Shown piece after piece: positions 28,045 to 37,570 of a stretch of DNA of 64,000 nucleotides. The number at the start of each line of letters is the position of its first letter. Position 1 is the stretch's first letter. The stretch is from assembly GCA_026388695.1 (NCBI GenBank), contig JAPLJH010000063.1:12205-76204 (forward strand), read 5' to 3'. Below the pieces are notes generated by a model, which saw only the letters and a list, made by a program, of their open reading frames with translations, ran no database searches and was not told the DNA's origin. The translations under genes and the position numbers were made by a program. The DNA comes from Deltaproteobacteria bacterium (GTDB lineage: Bacteria > Desulfobacterota > Desulfobulbia > Desulfobulbales > Desulfurivibrionaceae).

Positions 28045-29279
28045 GTCAGGACGGATTGTTCCAGAAGTTTGGCATTGAGCTGGAATACATGCTGGTCCGC
28101 GAGGACACCCTGGATGTGGCGCCCATTGCCGACCGAATTTTGGAACAGGCTGCGGGGCGAATCACCAACGAGGTGGAACGGGGAATCATGGCCTGGTCCA
28201 ATGAGCTGGCCCTGCATGTGATCGAGATCAAGAACAGCGGCCCTGTCCCTGCCCTGCCCATGCTGGCGGAAAAACTTCAGAAAGAGGTTGAGGAACTTGG
28301 TCTGGTGGCGGCGGAACAGGGGGCGATTCTCCTGCCCACTGCCATGCATCCTTGGATGGACCCCCACAGCGAAACCCGGCTCTGGCCCCACGGCAACAAG
28401 GACATCTACAACACCTACAACCGGATCTTCAACTGCCAGGGCCATGGTTGGGCCAACGTGCAGTCCACCCATCTCAATCTTGGTTTTGCCACGGATGAAG
28501 AGTTTGGCCGCTTGCACGCAGCGATTCGGGTGCTATTGCCTATTCTCCCGGCCATAGCCGCCAGCTCGCCTGCGGCGGATGGCGCGCTCACCGGCTGGCT
28601 GGATACCCGGCTGAACTATTACCAGAATAACCAGAAGCGGATTCCTTTCATCACCGGTCAGATCATCCCGGAGCCGGTATTTAGCGAGGCCGAGTACGAG
28701 CAGGAAATCTACCAGCGTCTGCGCCGCGACATCGCGCCCTTTGATCCGGACGGGGTGTTGGAGGCGGAATGGCTCAACTCCCGTGGGGCCATTGCCCGGT
28801 TTGACCGCAATGCCATCGAGATTCGGGTGCTGGACATCCAGGAATGCCCGTTGGCTGATGTTTCCTTGGCTGTGCTGATCTGTGCGGTATTGAAAGGTCT
28901 GACTGCTGGGCGTTGGGCCGGGTTGGTCGAGCAGAAGGCGGCGAATACCGGAGAATTGGCGGAGATTTTTGTTGGTGCGGTCCGGGACGGCGAGGAGGCG
29001 GTGATCGATAACCATCGCTACCTTGCTCTGTTTGGCAGAGGGGTAAAGGCAGCGATGACTGCAGGCGAGCTCTGGCAGGAGCTCGCTGCGGACTGCGGCC
29101 CGGAGCTGGCCGAGGCCGGACACGGCATCCAGCAGACCGTGAGCGCCATCCTCGCGCAAGGGCCGTTGTCTCGGCGGATTATTCGGGCGCTTGGCGACAA
29201 GCCCGGTCGGGAGCGGTTTCGGGAGGTGTATCGGGAGTTGGGCCGATGTCTGGCCCAAGGGCGGCTCTTTTTGCCATAG
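28041..29279 (+). CDS. Glutamate-cysteine ligase family 2 (carboxylate-amine ligase)
   Basis: FGIELEYM, SNELALHVIE, AMHPWM, NSRGAIARF.RNAIEIRVLD; GTG overlaps the upstream TGA. Confidence 0.88.
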   Translation: MSQDGLFQKFGIELEYMLVREDTLDVAPIADRILEQAAGRITNEVERGIMAWSNELALHVIEIKNSGPVPALPMLAEKLQKEVEELGLVAAEQGAILLPTAMHPWMDPHSETRLWPHGNKDIYNTYNRIFNCQGHGWANVQSTHLNLGFATDEEFGRLHAAIRVLLPILPAIAASSPAADGALTGWLDTRLNYYQNNQKRIPFITGQIIPEPVFSEAEYEQEIYQRLRRDIAPFDPDGVLEAEWLNSRGAIARFDRNAIEIRVLDIQECPLADVSLAVLICAVLKGLTAGRWAGLVEQKAANTGELAEIFVGAVRDGEEAVIDNHRYLALFGRGVKAAMTAGELWQELAADCGPELAEAGHGIQQTVSAILAQGPLSRRIIRALGDKPGRERFREVYRELGRCLAQGRLFLP

Positions 29280-29297
29280 TTAGGATGTTGTTGTTTT

Positions 29298-29477
29298 CTT
29301 TCTTCTTTTGCGTGCCCAAAAGAAGAAACAAGAAAAAGGCACCCCAGCCAGTCCTGGCCCTGCGGGCTTCCCTTACTTCTCGACGAGGGCGGGACGCGGA
29401 AAAACTCGGGCTTCGCCCTCAAACAGTTCCCGCGTCTTTTCCGTCCTCGCCTGCGAGGCGCGGCAGGACAAATGGGG
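29298..29477. repeat. Structured ~185-bp element, divergent copy C (same orientation as copy A)
   Basis: Same hairpin order and conserved linkers (AAAGGCACCC; AACTCG..CTCAAACAG; AATGGG) with different stem sequences. Confidence 0.8.
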
Positions 29478-29489
29478 GAGGAAGAAGAT

Positions 29490-29674
29490 TCCCATTGGCA
29501 CGCCGCCGAGCACCGGAGAGGCTGCCGAAAAGGGGATTTGCACTGTCTGAGCGCAGCGAGTTTGCAAAACCCCGGCAGCATCGAGGAGCACAGGGCATCC
29601 CGCCAACGGCGGGACAAGAGACACAGGGAGCCCTTTCTTTGGTTCGTTTCTTTGGGCAAGCAAAGAAATGAACA
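29490..29674. repeat. Structured ~185-bp element, copy B (inverted relative to A and C)
   Basis: Reverse complement of 4567-4754 with few differences. Confidence 0.9.
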
Positions 29675-29676
29675 TA

Positions 29677-30174
29677 CTAATCAACAACCAGATAGGTCTT
29701 GAGTATCTTCAACTTGGCCGGGCCGATGCCCTTCACCTCGTCCAGCTCCTCAATGGCGGTGATCCTGCCGTGCTGCCCGCGAAACTCGATGATTCTTTTG
29801 GCCAGAACCGGGCCGATCCCTTTAATGGTGATCAGCAGTTCTTCGTCGGCCTTATTGATGGGAATGGGCTTGAAAAATAGGGGGGCCAGTTTGGCTGGGG
29901 GTCTTCTGGATGCTTTGTTTTCCTGGCCGGGAGCGGCTTCGGCCTGGGGATGCTCTTCCGCATCTGGGTAAGCGGCATCGGCTGGCACCCGATAGAGCCC
30001 GGTGGCGACGGAACCATCGCACCAGGCAAGTTTTTGCGGGGCGGAAACGGGTTTGGAGAAAGAGGAAAGCCAGCCATTGCGGATAGCGGTGACGCTCAAG
30101 ATGCACAAGGCAAAAAGGATCAGCACCAGTGGGCGCAGGTCCTTTTTGCCGGTATCACTGCTTGTGCTGTTCAT
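29677..30174 (-). CDS. comEA: ComEA-family helix-hairpin-helix DNA-binding protein
   Basis: [25 protein letters not shown]; N-terminal TM. Confidence 0.8.
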   Translation of the reverse strand: MNSTSSDTGKKDLRPLVLILFALCILSVTAIRNGWLSSFSKPVSAPQKLAWCDGSVATGLYRVPADAAYPDAEEHPQAEAAPGQENKASRRPPAKLAPLFFKPIPINKADEELLITIKGIGPVLAKRIIEFRGQHGRITAIEELDEVKGIGPAKLKILKTYLVVD

Positions 30175-31747
30175 CCTTCATGAGTTTGTAGGTGATGCTG
30201 TCCACCAGGGCCTGCCAGCTTGCCTCGATGATGTCCGGGGAAACCCCCACCGTGCCCCAGTGGCTATCGTGATCGCGGGATTCGATGAGCACCCGCACCC
30301 GGGCTTCGGTGCCGTGTTCGCTGGCCAGCACCCGCACCTTGTAATCCTGCAGCTCCATCTCCTTGAGATTCGGATAGAACTGGGTCAGGGCCTTGCGTAA
30401 TGACTTGTCCAGGGCGTTGACCGGGCCATTGCCCAAGGCGGCGGTATGCACCTCTTCACCGCCCACGGCCAGCCGAATGGTGGCCTCTTCCTGAAGCACG
30501 CCGTCCGGGGTCTTCTGGCTCATCACCCGAAAGCCGTGCAGATCGAAATACTTCTTCGGGGTTCCCATGGCCCGGCGCATGAGCAGCTCAAAGGACGCCT
30601 CGGCCCCTTCGTACTGAAAGCCCTGATTCTCTAGGTCCTTCAGCTCCTTGACAATGGCGCTGACCACCGGGTCCTTGCTGTCCATATCCAGTCCGAACTT
30701 CTTCGCCTTGACCAGCACGTTGCTTTTGCCGGAAAGATCCGAGATCAGCACCCGCCGCACATTGCCCACCTTTTCCGGCTCCATGTGCTCGTAGGTCAGG
30801 GGGTTGCGCTGCACGGCGCTGACATGGATGCCGCCCTTGTGGGCAAAGGCGGACTGGCCCACGTAGGGCTGGTACTTGTTGGGCGAGAGGTTGGCCAGTT
30901 CGCTGACAAAGCGGGACACCTCGGTGAGCCGGTGCAGATTGGCAGCAGCGGTAAACTCGTAGCCCATCTTCAGGGCCAGGGCAGGCATGATCGATGTGAG
31001 GTTGGCGTTGCCGCAACGCTCGCCAAAACCGTTGGCCGTGCCCTGCACCTGGGAGGCACCCATAGAAACGGCGATCAGGGAGTTGGCCACCGCACACTCG
31101 GAATCGTTGTGGGCATGGATTCCGAACTCAATCGTGGATTTTTTCGCCTTCAGATGCGCCTTCACCGCTTCGATGATTGCGGTAAGTTCGGTGGGCAGGA
31201 CGCCGCCATTGGTCTCACAGAGCGCCAGGCAATCGGCCCCTCCGGCAATGGCCCGGTCTAGAGTGGCCAGGGCATATTCCCGGTTGGCCTTGAAGCCGTC
31301 GAAAAAATGCTCGGCATCGTAAAACAGGTGCTGGACATGGGGCCGCAGATATTTGAGCGACTCCTCGATGATCAGCAGGTTGTCGTCAAGGCCGATGCGC
31401 AGGGCATCGTGAACATGGATATCCCAGGTCTTGCCGAAGATGGTAATCCCCGGGGTTTTCGCGGCCAGCAAAGCATTGAGGTTGGCATCCTGCTCCGCCG
31501 GGTTGGCAAACAGCCGGGTGGAGCCAAAGGCCGTGACCTTGGTGTGTTTGAGCTCGTACTTCTGAATTTCCTTAAAGTATTCGACGTCCTTGGGGTTAGA
31601 TCCCGGCCAGCCACCCTCGACATAATCAATCCCCAGTTCGTCGAACTTGAGGGTGATGCGCAGCTTGTCCTCCACCGAGAGGTTGAAATTCTCGGCCTGG
31701 GTTCCATCCCGCAGGGTGGTGTCGTAGATGGCGACTGGATGCGTCAT
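30155..31747 (-). CDS. cimA: Citramalate synthase
   Basis: [41 protein letters not shown]. Confidence 0.93.
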   Translation of the reverse strand: MTHPVAIYDTTLRDGTQAENFNLSVEDKLRITLKFDELGIDYVEGGWPGSNPKDVEYFKEIQKYELKHTKVTAFGSTRLFANPAEQDANLNALLAAKTPGITIFGKTWDIHVHDALRIGLDDNLLIIEESLKYLRPHVQHLFYDAEHFFDGFKANREYALATLDRAIAGGADCLALCETNGGVLPTELTAIIEAVKAHLKAKKSTIEFGIHAHNDSECAVANSLIAVSMGASQVQGTANGFGERCGNANLTSIMPALALKMGYEFTAAANLHRLTEVSRFVSELANLSPNKYQPYVGQSAFAHKGGIHVSAVQRNPLTYEHMEPEKVGNVRRVLISDLSGKSNVLVKAKKFGLDMDSKDPVVSAIVKELKDLENQGFQYEGAEASFELLMRRAMGTPKKYFDLHGFRVMSQKTPDGVLQEEATIRLAVGGEEVHTAALGNGPVNALDKSLRKALTQFYPNLKEMELQDYKVRVLASEHGTEARVRVLIESRDHDSHWGTVGVSPDIIEASWQALVDSITYKLMKDEQHKQ

Positions 31748-32970
31748 GCCCCGGCGCCTTTTTCCAGCTTGAATGCGTCATGCAGGGCCCGCACAGCCAG
31801 TTCGGTGTATTTCTCCTCGATTACGCAGGAGACCTTGATCTCGGAGGTGCTGATCATTAGGATGTTGATCCCCTCCTGGGCCAGGACCTTGAACATGGTG
31901 GAGGCGATGCCTGCGTGGTTGCGCATACCAACCCCGACGATGGAGACCTTGGCGATGTTCTCGGAACCGGTCACCCGTTCGGCGCCGATTTCTGCGCCAA
32001 CCCGCTCCATGATCTGCATGGTTTTTTTGTAATCGGTGCGCGGCACGGTGAAGGTCATGTCGGTGAGTGCGCCTTCGCGGGTGTTCTGGATGATCATATC
32101 CACCACGATGCCCTCGCTGGTAAGCGGATCGAAGACCTTGGCGGCGGTGCCGGGCACGTCTGGGATTCTGGCGATGGTGATGCGGGCTTCGTTTTTGCTG
32201 CAGGTTACTCCGGATACGGGATTCGATTCCATTTCTTTATCCTCCTCTACCACCCATGTTCCTTCGGTTTCCGTGAAGGTGGAACGAACATGGACAGGGA
32301 CTTTATAGCGTTTGGCAAAACCGACCGAGCGGATATCCAGCACCTTGGCGCCGAGACTGGCCAGTTCAAGCATTTCATCATAGGAGATGCGGTCTATTTT
32401 CCTGGCGGTGGAGCAGATGTTGGGATCGGTGGTGTAGACCCCTTCCACGTCGGTGTAGATCTCGCATTCGTCGGCCTTGAGCGCCGCAGCCAGGGCCACG
32501 GCCGTGGTGTCGGAGCCGCCTCGGCCCAGGGTGGTAAGGTCGCCGTCTTCGGTAACCCCCTGAAATCCGGCCACCACCACGATTTTGCCCGCATCCAGGT
32601 GCCAGTTGATCAGTTTTGCATCGATGGTCTGGATCCTGGCCTTGGTGTGCATCCGGTCGGTGGTGATCCTGACCTGATCGCCCAAAAGCGAGATGGCATC
32701 AAGCCCCGCATCCTTCACCGCCATGGCAAAAAGGGCGATGGTCGCCTGTTCGCCGGTGGCCAGGAGTACGTCCATTTCCCGAGGGTCGGGAATGGCCTGC
32801 ATCTGATTGGCCAGATCGACGAAACGGTTGGTCTCACCGGCCATGGCCGAGAGCACCACCACCATGCGATGTCCCTTGCGGCTGTAGCCCATAACCCGTT
32901 CGGCCACCGCCTTGATTTTTTGCGGGTTTGCCACCGAGGTCCCGCCGAATTTCTGCACGATTAACGCCAT
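31744..32970 (-). CDS. lysC: Aspartate kinase
   Basis: [19 protein letters not shown], two ACT domains, STSEIKVS. Confidence 0.96.
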   Translation of the reverse strand: MALIVQKFGGTSVANPQKIKAVAERVMGYSRKGHRMVVVLSAMAGETNRFVDLANQMQAIPDPREMDVLLATGEQATIALFAMAVKDAGLDAISLLGDQVRITTDRMHTKARIQTIDAKLINWHLDAGKIVVVAGFQGVTEDGDLTTLGRGGSDTTAVALAAALKADECEIYTDVEGVYTTDPNICSTARKIDRISYDEMLELASLGAKVLDIRSVGFAKRYKVPVHVRSTFTETEGTWVVEEDKEMESNPVSGVTCSKNEARITIARIPDVPGTAAKVFDPLTSEGIVVDMIIQNTREGALTDMTFTVPRTDYKKTMQIMERVGAEIGAERVTGSENIAKVSIVGVGMRNHAGIASTMFKVLAQEGINILMISTSEIKVSCVIEEKYTELAVRALHDAFKLEKGAGA

Positions 32971-33262
32971 TGCTGCCTGCTGCTCCTGCTTTGTTTATGT
33001 TAAAAAAATATCCGGCTTCCCACTTGTTGAAGCCGGAAAAATTCCGAAAACGCAGTGTGCTACAATTTTATTTTTTTTTCAACCGAACAAATTGCCTGGA
33101 GCAGGATTTTCCCGATGGGGCCAAGGCAAACCATGATGCAGTATGGGAACAGGCAAAAGAAACTTGTAAAAATCGCCCTATATTGCTAAATAATATATGT
33201 TTATCTGAGTTCGGCATCCAGGCGGTTGCACGGAGTGGCCGCTGAAATCCCCATGGAATACA

Positions 33263-34690
33263 GTGTTAATGGTAAAAATAAGCAACATATCCGCTCTTGT
33301 TTCCAATGCGTGCAAGGCCTGCCTTTCCCGGTTATGCCCGCCGTGTCTCCTCGCCTTTTCCAAAGGATTGGCCCGCTTTCGCAACCACACGAAAAGACAT
33401 CTGGCTATATTCTTAAACACCACCCATTTTCTCACCCTGGGCATATCCCTCGCACTGATTGTCGCCTTTTTTCTCTATGCCGTGAATGGAAAGGCCATGT
33501 TGGCTCGGTACCAGGCAAACGAAACAGAAGAATTCCTGCCCAACGTTCGTGAGATTGTCGGGGAGATCCGTCCCGGAGATTCGTTGAGTTCTTCCTTCCG
33601 CTCCAACGGGGTTGATGAAGAGGTCCGGAAATCGGTGGTCACCGCCTTTAGCGGTATGGTGAATTTTCGGGAGATGAAGCCGCATGATCGCTATACCCTG
33701 ACCCTTGATGACGGTGGCGGTCTGGTTAAATGTCTGTACGAATCCGGCCCCCTTGAGGTTCATACCATCGAGCGCACGGCCGAGGGCTGTCTCAAGGCCA
33801 AGAAGCTGGATGTCTCCCTTGATTGTCGGACGGTCAAATTGCGGGGCAGGATTGAATCATCCCTGTATGCCGCGCTCAGCGCCTTCCATGAAGACCCCAA
33901 ACTGATCTACAGCTTTGCCGATATCTTTGCTTCAAAGATCGATTTCAACACCGAGACCCGGTACGGCGACACCTTTGAGCTGGTTTTTGAAAAATATTAC
34001 AAAAACGACCAGTTTGTCGGCTATGGCAAGATCCTGGTGGCGCGCTACAACAGCAAGGAAGTCGGCCCGCTTGAGGGTTTTTACTATGACCGGGGCAGAG
34101 ATGATGCCGCCTATTTCGACCACAGCGGCTTTGAGCTGGGCGAATCATTTATCCGTTCTCCCCTGCCCATGGCCAGGGTCTCTTCCGGGTTCACCTATAA
34201 CCGGTATCATCCGGTGCTGGATATTGTCCGGCCCCACTTGGGCGTCGATCTTGCAGCCCCGTCAGGAACCCCAATCATGGCCGCCTCCGATGGTCGGGTG
34301 AATTTTGCCGGCTGGAAAGGCGGCTTTGGCAAGCAGATCATTATCGACCATGGCGGCGGCTACCAGACCTACTATGGGCATCTTTCCGGCTTCGCCAATA
34401 ATATTACGGCAGGGGCCAGGGTGCATCAGAAACAGATCATCGGCTATGTCGGCTCCACCGGCATCTCCACCGGTCCGCATCTTGATTATCGGCTGGCCCA
34501 AAACGGCACCTTCACCAACCCCTTCAGCGTCAAGTTCCGTCCCCGCTCCCAGTTGGCAGGTACCCAGCTGGTTCTTTTCCGTCAGGATTTACAGTCGCTT
34601 ACCCAGTTGGCCAGCAGTCTGGATGATCCCAAGGTTATGGTGGTAAAAAATGTGGTGGTGACCCCGGACACCCCGATCTCCATGCTGTAA
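33263..34690 (+). CDS. M23 family peptidoglycan DD-endopeptidase
   Basis: HLGVDLA, YGHL, STGPHLDY; start uncertain. Confidence 0.9.
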   Translation: MLMVKISNISALVSNACKACLSRLCPPCLLAFSKGLARFRNHTKRHLAIFLNTTHFLTLGISLALIVAFFLYAVNGKAMLARYQANETEEFLPNVREIVGEIRPGDSLSSSFRSNGVDEEVRKSVVTAFSGMVNFREMKPHDRYTLTLDDGGGLVKCLYESGPLEVHTIERTAEGCLKAKKLDVSLDCRTVKLRGRIESSLYAALSAFHEDPKLIYSFADIFASKIDFNTETRYGDTFELVFEKYYKNDQFVGYGKILVARYNSKEVGPLEGFYYDRGRDDAAYFDHSGFELGESFIRSPLPMARVSSGFTYNRYHPVLDIVRPHLGVDLAAPSGTPIMAASDGRVNFAGWKGGFGKQIIIDHGGGYQTYYGHLSGFANNITAGARVHQKQIIGYVGSTGISTGPHLDYRLAQNGTFTNPFSVKFRPRSQLAGTQLVLFRQDLQSLTQLASSLDDPKVMVVKNVVVTPDTPISML

Positions 34691-34695
34691 TCCTT

Positions 34696-35166
34696 TTGCC
34701 CTCCCCTGCCCCTTTCCATATCGTTCTGGTCGAGCCGGAGATCCCCCCCAACACCGGGAGCATCTCCCGGCTGTGCGGGGCCACGGACACCGTCCTGCAT
34801 CTGGTCCGGCCCCTGGGATTTTCCACCGATGACAAGCATTTGAAACGCGCCGGGCTTGATTACTGGAAGTTTGTCGATATCCGCTACTGGGAGAGTTTCG
34901 AGGAATTTCTTGCAACCCAGGACGAGCTGCGGCTGCACTTTTTCACTACCAAGGTGGAGCGGCCGTACACCGAGCCGCGCTACCAGCCCGGCGATTATCT
35001 GGTCTTTGGCCGCGAGACCAAGGGGCTGCCTGAAGAGATCATCAATCTCTATAGGGAACGCTGCGCCACCATCCCCATGAGCAACCCCAACATCCGCAGC
35101 ATCAACCTAGGTATGGCCGCCGCGGTGGTGCTTTACGAGGCGATCAGGCAGCGGGATTTGGGCTAA
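34696..35166 (+). CDS. trmL: tRNA (cytidine34-2'-O)-methyltransferase
   Basis: PEIPPNTG, KRAGLDYW, FGRETKGLP, RSINL. Confidence 0.95.
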   Translation: MPSPAPFHIVLVEPEIPPNTGSISRLCGATDTVLHLVRPLGFSTDDKHLKRAGLDYWKFVDIRYWESFEEFLATQDELRLHFFTTKVERPYTEPRYQPGDYLVFGRETKGLPEEIINLYRERCATIPMSNPNIRSINLGMAAAVVLYEAIRQRDLG

Positions 35167-36316
35167 TCGTTTCAAGGGCCAGCCTGGCCGCCTTGACCGA
35201 AGCCCCTTCTCCGCCTAGACGTTCCCGGACCTCGGAAAGCCCCTCCAGCATGGCGGCGCGCTCTGCCTGATTCGCAACAAGCCGCACAGTGGCTGCGGCG
35301 ATTTTCTCCGGCACCGCCTCATCCTGCAACAACTCCGGCACCACCTCCCGCCCTGCCACAAGATTGACCAATGACGCGTATTGCACCTTGATCAGCCGCC
35401 TTCCTAAAAAATAGGTGAGCGGTGAAACCCGGTAGGAAATAACCATGGGCACATCCAAAATGGCCAGCTCCAGGGAAACGGTACCCGAGGCTGCCATTAC
35501 TGCGTCGCAGGCGGCCATGAGTTCGTAGCGGTTCTCTCGAATCACCCGCACCTCCACCCCCGCTTCGGCCAGTCCGTGGGCCAGAAGATCATTCTCGCTC
35601 AAGGTGGGGGCCAGGGGCAGGAGAAAGACCGGTTTGACCAGTTGCGCCCGCATCAATCTTGCCGCAGCCAGGAATATCGGGAGCATCCCGGCTATCTCTC
35701 GCCTGCGGCTACCGGGTAGGATGCCGATTACCTGGCTGTCCTGGGCAATGCCCAGGGATTGCAGAAACTCCGTCCGGGGTCTGGCGGCGCGCACCGTGTC
35801 CATGAGGGGGTGGCCCACATACTCCACCGCCATCCCAAGTTTTTGGTAAAAATCTTTTTCAAAGGGCAGGATCACGGCCATGCGATCCACCCGTTTTTTG
35901 ATGGTCTTGACCCGACCGCTGCGCCAGGCCCAAACCTGAGGGCTGATATAATAGAAAACCGGGATACCGAGCCGCTTGGCTTTTTTGGCCAGGATCAGAT
36001 TGAAGTCGGGATAGTCGATGAGGATCAACAGTTGGGGCGGTTGTTCTTGTAGCCGTTTTTTTAGGGCCTGCATGGCCTCGCGGATAAAGCGAAAATGGCT
36101 GATAACTTCGACGATGCCTACCACGGCCAGTTGCGAAGAATCGTAGAGAATCTCCACACCTTGGGCGGCCAAGGCCGGTCCGCCGATGCCGCAGACCGCG
36201 AGATCTGCGGCTTGTTCCCGCATGGCGGCGACGAGCTTCGCCCCGTGCATGTCGCCGGAAGCCTCGCCGGCCACGATCATGATTTGCAAGGGGGCTTTCA
36301 TGATTGGCTCAGCCAT
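35144..36316 (-). CDS. lpxB: Lipid-A-disaccharide synthase
   Basis: AGEASGD, IDYPDFN, SPQVWAWR, VGHP, LPGSR, SGTVSLE. Confidence 0.96.
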   Translation of the reverse strand: MAEPIMKAPLQIMIVAGEASGDMHGAKLVAAMREQAADLAVCGIGGPALAAQGVEILYDSSQLAVVGIVEVISHFRFIREAMQALKKRLQEQPPQLLILIDYPDFNLILAKKAKRLGIPVFYYISPQVWAWRSGRVKTIKKRVDRMAVILPFEKDFYQKLGMAVEYVGHPLMDTVRAARPRTEFLQSLGIAQDSQVIGILPGSRRREIAGMLPIFLAAARLMRAQLVKPVFLLPLAPTLSENDLLAHGLAEAGVEVRVIRENRYELMAACDAVMAASGTVSLELAILDVPMVISYRVSPLTYFLGRRLIKVQYASLVNLVAGREVVPELLQDEAVPEKIAAATVRLVANQAERAAMLEGLSEVRERLGGEGASVKAARLALETISPNPAA

Positions 36317-37277
36317 GGAACAACTGGCGATGGGTGTCGGCATGTTCCTTGATCCGGGCCATGATCTCCTGGGCTACGGCCAGGGCCAGTCGCCCTTCCC
36401 GGCCCGAGACCTTGGGTTGGGTTCGGTTGCGGACATTTTTGACAAAATCCTTTAGCTCCATCTCCAGGGCGTCCTGGTGTAGGTAACAGGAAGAGATGAT
36501 ATCCTCCTGGGGCATGCCGTTTGCATCCAGCTCCTTGCCCGGCTTGATCACGGTGATCTCTTTTTTGCCGTAATCAACCGCCACGAAGGAATGGGGCTGG
36601 AACACCCGGAGCCGCCGGATGTTGTCCTTGGAGATGCGGCTTACGGTGAGATTGGCGGTGCAGCCGTTTTCAAAGATCAGGCGGACATTGGCGATATCCG
36701 TGGTCTGGGTGAACACCGGCATGCCCACCGGTTGCATAGAGGCGATGGGTGATTTGACGATGCTTAAGACAATGTCGATGTCGTGGATCATCAGGTCGAG
36801 AACCACGTCGACATCAAGGCCTCTGGGCTTAAAAACATGGATCCGGTGCGACTCGATGAAGAGCGGCTGGGTGAGGTGCTCGGCCATGGCTAGAACGGCT
36901 GGATTGTACTGCTCGATATGGCCGATCTGAAGGATGCGTTGTCCTTTGTCGGCCAGGGCAATGAGATCGTCGGCCTCGGCCAGCGTAGTGGTCATGGGCT
37001 TTTCCAGCATCACGTCTTTGCCGGCCAGGAGACAGACTCGGGCCACCTGATGGTGCAGGCTGGTGGGCACCACCACGCTTACGGCATCGACCTGGTCGAG
37101 CAGCGCCTGATAATCACCAAAAGCGGTGGTGTTGCAGGCCGCGGCAACCTCGGCGGCGTAGGCCGGATTAAGATCCGCCACCCCAACCAGCTCCACCTCC
37201 GGGTTTGCCATATATTTTTGGGCGTGAAACTTGCCGAGATACCCTACCCCGATAACCCCGATGCGTGTCTGTGTCAT
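36309..37277 (-). CDS. Gfo/Idh/MocA oxidoreductase (GnnA-like UDP-GlcNAc 3-dehydrogenase candidate)
   Basis: GVGYLG.FHA, EKPM, GHIEQYNP, DVVLDLMIHDID; overlaps the lpxB start. Confidence 0.8.
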   Translation of the reverse strand: MTQTRIGVIGVGYLGKFHAQKYMANPEVELVGVADLNPAYAAEVAAACNTTAFGDYQALLDQVDAVSVVVPTSLHHQVARVCLLAGKDVMLEKPMTTTLAEADDLIALADKGQRILQIGHIEQYNPAVLAMAEHLTQPLFIESHRIHVFKPRGLDVDVVLDLMIHDIDIVLSIVKSPIASMQPVGMPVFTQTTDIANVRLIFENGCTANLTVSRISKDNIRRLRVFQPHSFVAVDYGKKEITVIKPGKELDANGMPQEDIISSCYLHQDALEMELKDFVKNVRNRTQPKVSGREGRLALAVAQEIMARIKEHADTHRQLFHG

Positions 37278-37570
37278 ATTTTTTCTGCCTGTGAGCTTGA
37301 ATTTCTTGAGAAATTACGCCATTGCGCCTGAACTGACAAGGTAAATCTGCCGGAAAGACTGTCTGTCATGGGCAGGGTTCCCGGTAGAACCACAAGGAGC
37401 GCTTTTCTTGAATATAGTTTGGCAAATCTGAGGAAATCAATTTATAGGGCCGACAAGTTGTGCTAGTATCCCTTTGATATTTTGCTGAGCTGCCAGGCAC
37501 ATTTTTTATCCCAGCCCGCAGCTAAACCCAGCCATATGCCGGCCGTCAGCGGCCCAGCCTTCGATACTCT

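Noticed and set aside
29018-29702. Several short ORFs over the repeat doublet, similar to ORFs at 4464-4839
   Set aside because: The similarity comes from the non-coding repeat; indels between copies do not preserve frame.
32971-33060. Lysine riboswitch or attenuator upstream of lysC
   Set aside because: Only one hairpin (TCCGGCTT..AAGCCGGA) is seen; no L-box motifs or leader peptide.
33118-33180. GGCAAACC...GGGA...GCAAA resembling a c-di-GMP-I riboswitch
   Set aside because: Lacks the GNRA-capped stem, the GACGCAAAGC junction and the second hairpin.
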